NCBI RefSeq assembly: GCF_023055435.1
Contig: NW_025964001.1
Location: forward strand, 38,192,001 to 38,256,000
Reading direction: 5' to 3'
Source: Haliotis rufescens
Taxonomy: Eukaryota
DNA: 64,000 bases
The position numbers were made by a program, and so were the translations under genes. How positions within the stretch are numbered: the first letter of the stretch is position 1; each line of letters opens with the position of its first letter. The notes under the pieces are model-generated. The model worked only from the letters and a program-made list of their open reading frames with translations, ran no database searches and was not told the origin of the DNA. Below, one piece after another: positions 12,619-24,315 of the stretch.

Positions 12619-13343
12619 TATAAACTACGAAAGAAACACCTCGTGCATATTCTGCAAACATAGAGCCTAGATTGATATAAGCTGCTGTTTTATAATTATA
12701 ATCAGAATGACTTTTAGCGTCAACTTCGTGATTAGATGGTGTCCGTAGTGAGTGTGATAAGGTATTGCACATACGACTGCGTGAGTTGTGTTTAACGCCA
12801 CTTTTAACACTGTCAGTATTTCAGTTCTCGAGTGCAAGACAATTGGGAGTGAAGCCCAATTGCAAAGCAGCCACACATTTCACCTCACCGAACCCACGGT
12901 TATCGGATCCTGACAAGACTAAGGCACATAACTCATAGGCCAGAGAAGTGCGGCGCCATATGTAAATGACTGGCCTGTCCTGACTCCGACAATAAATAGA
13001 AATTCAGGGTACATTTAGTGATGATTAAAACTCCACATCAACAACGTTTCATTTTGGGACACGCCCGTGAAATCTTCACAAAGCTATGCTTGTAAGGGGC
13101 GACGAACACAATCGGATGAACAGACTCGCTGACTAGGTTTATGCATGTCATCGTATAGCAGTTGCATAAATCGATGCTCATGATATCAATCACTGAATTA
13201 CATGGCCTAGACTCGATTATTCACAGACCACCGTCATATAGCTGGAATATTACAGAGCACAAACAACAGACAAACAAGCAAGTCAAATAGGGATATCGAC
13301 AAATTAGTGTACAGTATATATTTATCGGGATATTCGCCTATAA

Positions 13344-14540
13344 ATAGAGAATGCTACACTCATTCTCGTTAGATACGGAACGAGTGGACTGTCTATGGTA
13401 TCTGACCGAGCGAAATCGAGGTCAAATACCATAGAAAGTTCACGAGTTTCGTAAAAATGGTATCTAACGAGAATGAGTCTGGTATTTTATTTATTACCCA
13501 CGTTAAATATATATTTAAGTGTAAATACATAACAACTTTCGTTCGTTGACAGACCAAACTGAAACCGGTTGCAAAATCTGGTTGTGCATAAATATTGATA
13601 TATTCCCAAATATGGGCATTGTTGACATTACTATGCATACGCATTAACAACATGAACCTTCGGTTGTGTTTGCAAACAAAACAGCACCGACACTCAAGAT
13701 CCTTTTGGAAGAATTTCTTCAACTTATGGTAATTCAACCGCCATGTTGTTAGTACGCAGGACACCTATAAGAAAATTTGAAAAGTCACATTAGCGCCGCG
13801 CTTTTAATATCGGACCAACAGTCGGTAACTCGCACTGCCGGGGTCCCGCCTATGCAAACAAAATGGTTTCCTTGACATATCAGATGAATTTATATCATGT
13901 CCGTACCATTTTGGAAGAGGGAAATCAGAGTGTTCGCCAAAGACATTCATGTTAACTGTACCACCCTATGCTGAAGACGTGAAAATCAACAAACTCAAAT
14001 CTGCTTGCATGTGACAACTTCGACCGATCGAAGGATAAGGTCACCACCGGAATAAGAAAAGACAACCGTGATATGATCACAGCGTTCTACGATAGAGAAA
14101 GGGAATGTTATTGTTCACATTTAGGATATTCTGGGCCGCTTAATCAGAAAGTGATCGGGTGCGTCATGCTCATGAGTACCCTCGATCTATTGATTGGTAG
14201 TCGTACATTGTAAATGGATGTAGGCTAGCTCGATTATATAATGTCTGTAGAAGCTTTATGCACAACTAATACAGAATGCAAACTGAATTTGATGAGTTTG
14301 GTTTAATAAAGTGTTTGTGAATATCTCTCGCTCTCATGTGATTGCTTCAGTTCTGCCTTGTAGTTGCAAAATGAATGACGTCTCGCGATTTTTTTATGAA
14401 TGAAAAAAGTGGTCCCGGTGTGTCAGAGGTCACGTTTATCCAATCAAAACTAATAAAACAAGGTCAACCTTACACGACACACGTGTGACGTACGGATCTA
14501 GAATCTTACCACCTGTATTGTCGTCACGTGGGTAATAAAT
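13344..14540. mobile_element. Unclassified non-autonomous element: 5' ~150-bp hairpin plus a 15-bp inverted-repeat pair
   Basis: Hairpin arms actcattctcgttagatac / gtatctaacgagaatgagt; perfect IR atttattacccacgt (13489-13503) / acgtgggtaataaat (14526-14540). Confidence 0.6.
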
Positions 14541-15682
14541 TGTATATTTCATGATGTTAATTACAGCCGTTATTGTACCTCACCCACCCACCAACCTACT
14601 GACACCGTTCGCTCGTCACGCCGAAGACCAGGTTTCGATTCCCCACATGGGTACAAGTTGTGAAGTCCATTTCTGGTGTCCCCTGCCGTGATGTTGCCAG
14701 CATATTGCTAAAAGCGACGTAAAACCATACTCGCCAATGCCCGGCAGTTTACGTGATATCGCATGAAGAGATTGTATAGTGCGCACCCATTAATTTACAG
14801 CTTGTGATGTGATGAAAAGAATACTTCCCTGTATCGCAATAAAGCAGTATTGTTGAACGGGATCGCGAGACTAACCTTAAAGGAAGCCTTTGTCAAAGAT
14901 CTATGTCGTTAATGTTGGAGGAAAACGGATAAGCTATTTAGATGACTAACTTGTGATTCGGAACTTAGCCTTCTTTGTTCTTCATATGCTTACAGTTACA
15001 AGGAACTGTATATGAGAAAAACACTGAATTAACTACTTTGGGGGTGGGTCTCAAGCTTAAAGCGCCATGCACACGTGATCGCAGATATACGTGCTAATAC
15101 CGATAGTACTTAGACACACAATCAAGCGAGGTCCGGGAAAAGGAAAGTCATGTGCATCTAGGAATTCCTGGGTCATGGGTCACGTTGACCTTGACATTCC
15201 TTTGTCATCAGTAACGTTGTGTTGTCCCACTTACAGCCTACTCCCACGTGAACAGTTCCTTTCTGAAATCAACCTCGTGTTTTACGGAGTCAACTAGGGT
15301 GAGTGAGTGCGTTAGGTTTAACGCCGCTTTTAACATTATTCCAGTTATACCACGGCGTAATGTGTGAGGAAAGCCCGAAGTGGTGCAGGTCTCGGACGTT
15401 TACCACTTCTGTGAAACCCACGAGCACGGGTATGCTGCTGACAAACCTAGAAACATAATCAGGGTTTCTGGCATGCCCAAGGGACGCAACTCTGCACAGC
15501 GAATCGCGGCGTCTTAGACAACTGGGCCACCCATGCCCCCAAGTCAAATGGAGATCTATAACATGACCTTAATCAGATTCTAATTCTAGTTCTCCCGTGT
15601 TTGATTTTTTAAGGTTTTATCAAAATAATAAGCAACGTATGTATAATTATCATGCAATGCAATGTTTAAATATGCAACTGAG

Positions 15683-15840
15683 TACGTGAGTGAGTATGGT
15701 TTTACGCCGCTTTTAGAAATATTCCAGCAATATCATGGCGATGGACACCAGAAATGGGCTTCACACATTGTACGTGTGGGGAATCGAACCTATTAGGCGT
15801 GACGAGCGAACGCTTGAACACCTGCGCTTCCCCACCGCCC
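15683..15840 (-). mobile_element. tRNA-derived SINE family A (~160 bp), representative copy
   Basis: A/B-box head (tagcctagtgg...ggttcgattccc), body gtacaatgtgtgaagcccatttctggtgtcc, tail gctaaaagcggcgtaaaac + (actc)n. Other full or partial copies at about 1684-1784, 14607-14733, 19243-19305, 19372-19445, 26190-26375, 44484-44609, 48930-49100, 52372-52520, 52940-53088, 59785-59850 and 61525-61698. Confidence 0.9.
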
Positions 15841-16219
15841 TAAACATGCAACTGAATAAAAGAGCCGTAGCATGTTCGAGTATTGTAGAAATAAAAAGTT
15901 GAAAAAGAACGCATGCATTTGATCCCTCGTTGCCCTATTTGTTACACACCTATTAGTTAGATGTCCCGATTCAATACACGTGTCAGTTGTTACACAGCGG
16001 AGAAAGGGTTAATCAGGCGTCAGAACTGGGATTATTTTACTTTACACATGCTTAATATTCATCTGTAGTGTTATTTATGATGATTTAAATTTAGCTTACT
16101 TTTCACGCCAAGTTTCTTCAGGATTCCTATGTTGGTGCACAGGGTATTATGTTTTGTGCATGTAATGTTATATTATTAGAATAGTCGTGAATAAGCTGCT
16201 TTATGTAACATGGCCATAT

Positions 16220-17450
16220 AGACAATTCTTAAATCTTCATTGTGGCCATTTAAATGATAGTGAAACCTTAATTGTGGCCATTTAAATAACTGAAACTTTC
16301 ATCGTGGCTATTTAAGTAATAGTGACAACTTCATTGTCGTCATTTAAACAATAGTGAAAGCTTGATCGTGGTCATGTTAAATAATAGTGAAAACTTCGAT
16401 CATTGTGCTCATTTAAATAATAGTAAAAGTTTCATTGTCGCCATTTAAATAAGAGTGAAATCTCCACTGTGGCCATTGAAATAAAATGAAAGTTTCACTG
16501 TGGCCACTTTAAAAAAATAATAATGACAGTTTCATGGTGGCCATTCAAATAATAGTGAAGCTTCATTGTGGCGACGTAAATAAAAGTGAAAATTTCACTG
16601 TAGCCATTTAAATAATAGTGAAAGTTTCACTGTGGCCATTCAAATAATAGTGAAGCTTTATTGTGGCTATGTGAATAAGAGTGAAAGTTTCACTGTAGCC
16701 ATTTAAATAAGAGTGAAAGTTTCACTGTGGCCATTCAAATAATAGTGAAGCTTCATTGTGGCGATGTAAATAATAGTGAAAGTTTCACTGTGGCCATTTA
16801 AATAAGAGTGAAAGCTTCACTGTGGACATTGAAATAAAAATGAAAGTTTCACTGAGACCATGCGAATAATTGTGAAAGTTTCAGTGTGGCCATTCAAATA
16901 ATAGTGAAGCTTTATTGTGGCTATGTAAATAATAGTGAAAATTTCACTGTGGCCATTCAAATAATAGTGAAGCTTTATTGTGGCTATGTAAATAATAGTG
17001 AAAGTTTCACTGTGGCCATTTAAATAATAGTTAAGGCTTCATTGTGGCCATTTAGATAATAGTGAAACCTTTATTGTGGTCATTTAAATAATAGTAAAAG
17101 ATTCGTTGTGGCCATTTAAATAATAGTGAAAGCTTCATTGTGGTCATTTAAATTATAGTGAAAGCTTCGTTGTGGCCATTTAAATTATAGTGAAAGCTTC
17201 GTTGTGGTCATTTAAATAATAGTAAAAGATTCGTTGTGGTCATTTAAATAATAGTGAAAGCTTCGTTGTGGTCATTTAAATAATAGTAAAAGATTCGTTA
17301 TGGCCATTTAAATAATAGTGAAAGCTTCACTGTGGCTATGTAAATGATAGTGAAACCATCATAGTTGCTAACAAAATAATAGTGAAACCTTTATTGTGGT
17401 TATTTAAATAATAGTAAAAGATTAGTTGTTGCCATTTAAATAACAGTGAA
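16220..17450. repeat. AT-rich 31-32-bp minisatellite (~38 copies)
   Basis: Consensus aatagtgaaagtttcactgtggccatttaaat, with a 31-bp variant aatagtgaagcttcattgtggcgatgtaaat. Confidence 0.95.
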
Positions 17451-18707
17451 ATGTTTATACAAATTGTTAACAAAGACAAACACTTAAATATGTTGCTGTC
17501 AGCATTGATATTCAAAACCTGGCTGCATACATACTGAGAACGTACACCTAACACAATATGATATCACCATGAGAAACATGCATGTCAAAGTTCAGCTCCC
17601 TTATCTGCCATCTGGAGAATTCAAGAGCATGGTCAAATCAAGGTCTACATTTATAATATTGCGAAAAATGGGACATTTGATTTGATACTCACAGGTACCA
17701 AAAATAATTTTGAACACAAATCACTCTGTAACGGTAATAACATGGATTTTTCAATATGGTTGCTGTGGTAGATCAGATTCAAAGTTCTTGAACAAATTGT
17801 GATGTCATCAATAGTGGGAACAAGCATGTTAAATTAACAGCTTCATTGGTCTTGAGGTTTATGAGGAACGTTTACAGTGCGAGGAAATGCGTTTTGAGTA
17901 GCATAAAAAATATAGAAAATAAAAAATAAAATAAAAAAGTGTTCGATTTTTTTTTATAAACCCGGAAAAACAGAATATATTTTGAGCCCCATAAGTAATT
18001 CGACATGCACCCTATTTCCTTCCGTTTTGAACACAAATGGCAGCTTCATTGGTCTTGAGATTTATGAAGTACATTTACAGTGCGAGGAAATACGTTTTAA
18101 GATAATTTAGGAGCACAATCAAAGTGAAAGTCAAGTAAAGATCAAAATTTTAAAAAAGGAAAATATATATTGACCCCACAACTAACTCCACTTGTACCCA
18201 ATATTTTTTTTCCATTTTGAACACAAATGACCGGGTAAACTCCATAAACAGCTTTTTCAAAAGTCCTGACAAGGCGGTCATGTCGAAAACCGGATTCGAA
18301 CCTCTTGAACAAATTGGGGTATCGTCATTCGTGGGAACAAGCTTGAATTTCAACTTCACTGGTTTTGTGGTTTACCGCCTCTGTGGTCCAGTGGATAGAC
18401 CGTCTGCCATCTCAGTGGGCACACGTGGTATCGTCGGTAACCAACACCGTGACCAGAAACAAGCGCCCCTCTACCAGTATTGATCCAAACTCGCGGAGTA
18501 GTGTTGCACGAGTTATCTCCCTTTTCACTACCAGCCTGTCGCTGTCTCCGTACACACGAGGAAGGAAACGACGACTCGATTAGTTTATCGATTGTTTTGA
18601 ACTCTCTGCGTGGTTTATTTATGTCAAAAGCTTAAAAACAAACAACAACAACAAAACAAATGAACAATGATAATGAAGATCGAGTGAGTGAACGAGTGAA
18701 ATTGTAA

Positions 18708-18800
18708 TTGTGGATATGGCGTTGTAATTGTGGACATGGCGTTGTAATTGTGGACATGGCGTGTGTAATTGTGGACATGGCGTGTGTAATTGTGGACATT
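18708..18800. repeat. Short 20-22-bp tandem repeat (~4.5 copies)
   Basis: gtaattgtggacatggcgt(gt) repeated. Confidence 0.85.
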
Positions 18801-19445
18801 GTTTGAGGTATAAAACACATACGGGGCCCTGATATCGGATATCTGCAATACAGTTTTCTATAATACCTTCTAAACGGTGAAACGTATCGATCACGGCACT
18901 CGTGGATCAGGTGTTCTTTGGCCATAATAAATTATTTTTTAGAATTTTATCCCCGACCTCCGTGGCGTCATTTCCAAACATCCCTCCTTACATCGGTGTG
19001 TAAAGCCGATGAAAGTCGCTATGTGTTCCGCTCTTTCTTTACATCAGCCCAGAGTAGAGCAGTTTTTTTTTGGTTTTTTTTAAATAACAAACATTAATTT
19101 AAAAAAGGCCTCCCACCTCACATTTTGTCAAAAATTTGAATTAAAATCTAATAATCACTGTATAATTGCCTTAGGTAAAGTGACAGAGTGAATACTAACT
19201 TACGTTTCAGTCCACACTGTAACTACTATATCATTATGGCTTTGGGGCGGTGGGGTGGCCTAGTGGTGAAAGCGTTCGCTCGTCCGGGTTCGATTCCTTA
19301 CATGGGTATTATTATCATAATTATTATATGTACTATACCTTTATATACCGCAGTTATCCATATACTAGGGGATGGTGGGGTAGCCTAGTGGTTAAAGCAT
19401 TCGCTCGTCACGCCGAAGACCCGGGTTCGATTCCCCACATGGGGA

Positions 19446-19860
19446 TTTAGACTTAAGACCAAATTTTGTCTGAAAATCGGGGATCTCGAAGCTCAATCTG
19501 TGAGAATATTGTAAGTCTAAGACAAAATTTGATCTTAAGTACTGAGACTGCCCTTGAGTAGACTTAAGACAAAATTTGTTGCAAGAAAGATGGCGGAGGT
19601 TGTTCGCCTCAGGGCTAAAAAGGACAAAAATACCAATTCAGGGGACATTTCGAGGCCGCTTCAACCCTCTTGATGTGTGCAACGACGGAGAGCTCTTTGA
19701 AAGATATAGATTTCGCCGTTCTACCATTATTTTCATCGTTGGTTTAAACGGTGATGAACTGGCACACTCCACTCAGTCTCCCACCTATTATTCAAGTTTT
19801 GATTTTCCTTCAGTTTGTTGCCACTGGGGCTTTTCGCCTATTAGTTGCTCAGTCGTTATG
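19446..19860 (+). mobile_element. PIF/Harbinger transposon relic with a frameshifted HARBI1-like nuclease N-terminus
   Basis: Frame 1 gives FRGRFNPLDVCNDGELFERYRFRRSTIIFIV; a shifted frame gives LPPIIQVLIFLQFVATGAFRLLVAQS. Both match the Harbinger transposase N-terminal pattern (YRF; QVLxxLxFxATG). Preceded by repeated gacttaagac subterminal motifs; truncates the SINE at 19372-19445. Confidence 0.75.
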
Positions 19861-21200
19861 TGTCATACGTGTTAGTGTTTACAAAATCACGTTATACGTA
19901 CATCGGTAATGAGACGCAATATCATCACGTATATTTCAAAATCAGCGGCGATACATGCATCCTTAAATTCCTCATACATTTTAGAATCAAATGACAAATC
20001 ATCTTTGTCACCAATATACAAATAGTCTAGATGAAATCAAGCCAAATAAATGAGGTTTGAAAACGAACGCTGTGCTCGAAAAACTGCCCTTGATGGAAAT
20101 GTAAACAAAGACATTCGTCTATTCGTTGAATACATTGGCTCAACATTTTCAGAATATACGTGGGAAGAGAATCGTAGGAAGAATTGGGGAATTAAAAATT
20201 GCAATGATTTGATATTTTCAATAGAAATTGTCGAAGTTTCCGTCCTGTGTGACGCCATGACTGACCCATATTCACGCACAAACACCTCACTCACCTACAT
20301 GCGGTATGGTTGTCAAACAGATTCAAGGGTTGACACGTCCTGTAAATGTTGACCGAACCATGGGCTAGTGTAACTTATCTGTTTATTTACACATAAGTGT
20401 ATTCAGTTCCTCGATGTCATAGTCGGTTTGGCCCATCTTTGAGGACCATATAGGAATCCAGTTACCTTATGAAAACTGGGAGTCATCATGGCGAGGTTTT
20501 ACGTCGCGTCTTAGATTATTGCACTTATTAGCCCCTTAAGGCCGAACCCCAGGCAGGGTAACAACAAGTACCATATTTTAACGTCTTTTGGTAAACTCGG
20601 CCGGGGATAGAACCCAGGAACTTCCGCTCTCCGGGCGAACGCGCTCCCACTGGACCACGGAGGCGGTCGGGAGTCATCATGACTCACTGCATATTTGGTT
20701 TGGTCATAAGCACAATTTAGAGTCATAAATTAACCTTAATAGACTACAATAAATTATATCTGTAATTTACATATTTTTACCTTTTATGGAATCTATTTCG
20801 ACGGATAATTGAGATTGGTTATTCTCTGGCATTGACTTTTTATATATGGAAGCTGTAATATGATGGAAGTCACAAGGGAGACATTAAGTGATGATATGTA
20901 TTATCTATATATCTAATATTTCTATTAGAAATAGACTCCCTGGAGTCACGAATGACCTATGATAGAGCTGATCATGTAGTTCAACCATGAGTCAACATGT
21001 CGACAGGCATTGACAAACTTTTTTTTACAGCCAATTAGGTGTTTTATTAGGAAATGAAACCATTTTTTAAATAATGCTGTGGCATATATGACTCCTGAAA
21101 AGATGTTTGGGAGTATTGTGGATGAAAATCACATCATATGAAACTCTGAAACGTACAGCATTGATGTGTGAAGCTTACTTTATTTCATGTCCGCCCTTAC

Positions 21201-21289
21201 CCATCTTCCCGAGGCAAGGGAGTTAACTGACTATAAAAATCCAGTTTCCACTTTTACAGTGAGTTACCTCCCTTGCCTCGGGAAGATGG
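21201..21289. mobile_element. ~90-bp palindromic MITE (family copy 1)
   Basis: ccatcttcccgaggcaagggagttaactgac...gtgagttacctcccttgcctcgggaagatgg; further copies at 50707-50786 and 51904-51991. Confidence 0.8.
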
Positions 21290-23228
21290 TCTTATCGTGA
21301 ATATTATAGTATTGTAGAGTTACCCAAAGTATTCACAGTTCATATTATATATTATTTTATTCAATCTCTACGGCATGAAAGTTTATCCTATCTTCTTTGA
21401 AACTTTATATTGATATGGTTTAAATGTAACTGGTTTTACTGAATACATAGATCAACGGCCCCAGTGAAGTTAGCGACCTGTAAATATTACTGTTGACGGG
21501 CGTTTGGCAGTTCTACTTATGAATCAGAGTACTTAGTATTGGAATGAATAACACATCACATTGTATAGTTGCCACCTGTTTAACAGAGTGACTCATTTAT
21601 AAGACGGTTGAGATTTTAAATGCGCTGTGGTTTCGTGCTATTAAATAATATGGGGCTGCATACTAAACACAAACAACATGAACTTATAATCAAAATATTT
21701 TGCGGGTCTGTATCTACATACATAGAGAATAAATACCGGAATTTAGACACTCGTGTCGTAAACATAGTATGACATGAGCACGAATATGATGTTCTATCTG
21801 TTACTGAAGAAGATTTCTAAATAAGAGACGAATTTTAGTGTTTACCTTTTAGGACAACAAGTCGCAACAGCAGCGGAACCACAATGTGTCGATTATACGT
21901 CAACAATGACGTATGACGTTATTTCTAGTGTGACGTCATTCCGATCTCACGTCACAATAAGATTCGAATGACGTAGACATTGCCGTCCAGATGATGGAAA
22001 CAATACACTGTTGTCTCGTGACGTGATATGACCCTAGGTCACATATGATTTTTATGAACCCCGATGTGTTTGCCCTCGCAGGTAATAAAAAGAAATAAGT
22101 AACTATGAACATATTAATTTATTAATAACTAAACATAATAATTATACGGGGTGTATGGTTTTACAGATTCTATAATCTTCTAGCTGAGTCACACAACAAG
22201 CCACTTGTCAACACATATCTGGGTAGCGTGAAGAGGTTAGAAAGATAACTACAATACAATAGGCAAAAGGGGCAGTAGGTTTATAAGTGTGTTTATTGCA
22301 TTGGTCACAAAGGGAAAGTCATATTGTTTTCGTTCCAAACGGTGTACATTTTTAATGGGACATGTGTATATAACCTGACATTTGACCAAAACGTGTGCAA
22401 AGTACAAAACATCGCTCGGTAGAATTGCATGATTTATTAAATAAACTTCTTTGAACAGAACAAAAACATTGATAGAATTATTATTGTAAACACACACAAA
22501 AAATGCTCTGAGGAAGCATATACTGTTCAATTGCAAATTACATGAAGGATGGGGCGAAAAAAATATCGAAATAATTTTTAAAATATAAATAAAAATGTCT
22601 TCTTCAAATAAGAAAATTTCAATAGACTATTTTGACTACACTGTGCTTTTAATCATATATAATATAACACACGCCCACCTGTTTTGGATTGTAATTATAT
22701 ATTTTCATAATTTGTTTTATATATATATTTATATATATTGTTGTTGTTGTGTTTTAGGGGAGGGGACAGGGGGATATCCTTTGGCTTAAGGTGAGGTCTT
22801 TGTGTGAGCGAGTGGGAGAGAACAAACAGACACCAGGTTCCGAGATGAAAGGTGTTACTTTAAACACAATTCTTTCTTTCTACATTTGCTTTCGTTTTCT
22901 TTTCTAATTCGTTGTGTATGGAAATTAGCTAAAAAATGACAGTCTGGTGCACGGACCTGAGGTATTACCTGATAATATTTAAAACACATCCTCTGTTGGT
23001 ATCAATATTATCCACACTGTCAAATGAGATTTGATTACGCAAATAGCAAACCTGGAATTGTGAAATTGTTTAACCTTCTGCAACAACATCCCGGACAGGT
23101 TTAAAATTTAAGCTGATGCCCACACGGCCTAACACCAGTGTGTTGTGTACTGGCCCCTGTTTGTTATGCAGTGCATCGACAGTTTGGGATTTCGTTTGAT
23201 CTAGGTCGCACAGGTAAACCGGTTGAGC

Positions 23229-23449
23229 TGTGACGTCACAACCGATTGTCAACACACTCTGGTGCTCTCTGGTGCGCTTGTCGTTTACAAACATGGTAAG
23301 TTGCACAAGATCTTCAATATCCTTCCTCAAGCAAGGAATTACCTCAATGTTTGTTTTCACGTATCTTAGGAAATGAATTTTAACCTGTAAGTGGGATATT
23401 TAGCGATGTTCACACTACGAAAACGCTAGCCTGTAATCAAAATGGCGGC
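23229..23449 (+). promoter_or_regulatory. Putative promoter of calmodulin-like gene A: CRE and YY1-type motifs
   Basis: 12-bp palindrome tgTGACGTCAca at 23229-23240, ~55 bp upstream of ATG|gtaagt; AAAATGGCGGC at 23439-23449. Confidence 0.45.
23293..23295 (+). CDS. Calmodulin-like gene A, candidate exon 1 (start ATG only)
   Basis: acaaacATG|gtaagt, a consensus donor. Calmodulin-family genes carry an intron right after the ATG, and exon 33499 needs a phase-0 ATG. Alternatives at 29349 and 30793. Confidence 0.55.
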
Positions 23450-23798
23450 CTAGTGGCTAAGTTAACGAAGGGCGGTGACCAGTCTTGGTGTTTGACTGCG
23501 AATGGACTACAGCTGGACATGACTCGTGGGTTGAATGTTTAAGCTGGTCAATAAAACAATTATAATTGCTCATCAATATAAATTTACTTGTTGAACTTCC
23601 CTGAAATTTCCAAATCTGGAGTGACACACCTGTAATTTCGTTACATGCCACACCTGAAATATTATGTGCCTGAGTCACTGTTTTCTTAATAAAGTATGCA
23701 TACATGAAAACTGACCGAGACGATTCCCAAAACAGTATGTGACACATTTTATGTACAAAATATACAATAATTAGCCTATACTAATTGTGAGACTTGTA

Positions 23799-24315
23799 CA
23801 GAGCTCCAGATAAGCTTTTGGTGTTGTGGGTATTTTACATTTTTACCCATGCATTTTAAAATCATTGGGTATCAGTAATTCTATCTGGGTATATAAATGT
23901 CTGTTACCCACTAGTTTTTACACATGTGGGTATCTACTAAGTTAGATATCTAAAAACACGATTCATCTAGTCCCTGCAAACTGGTGTCGTGTGGGTTTGA
24001 GAGCTTTATAGGACTCAAAAATACTACAATACTTCCACAAGAAAGTGTGATGGCAAATGATCATGATGTAACTGTCATCGTGGAGTTTGGCAAGGTTGAT
24101 GGAATGCCCGTTTATAATTTTTTAAAAAGTTGCTGATTTGCTAATTGAATACGCAGGGTTACTTCACAATATTTTGATGATACGCACAAGTTTAATTTTT
24201 GTAGCGTATCTGTAATGTTCGTTGCATATTTGATACGCTTGGATTTTATTTTACTGCATATTTCTGCATTTCTGATGCGTATTTTTCGCAGATACGCAGC
24301 TTATCTGGAGCTCTG
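23799..24315. mobile_element. Non-autonomous hAT-like DNA transposon (517 bp) with 18-bp TIRs and an apparent 6-bp TSD
   Basis: cagagctccagataagct / agcttatctggagctctg; cttgta directly on both sides (23793-98, 24316-21). Confidence 0.8.

Noticed and set aside
16220-17450. Regular ~32-bp palindromic repeats resembling a CRISPR array
   Set aside because: Units are head-to-tail with no unique spacers, there are no cas genes, and the context is eukaryotic.
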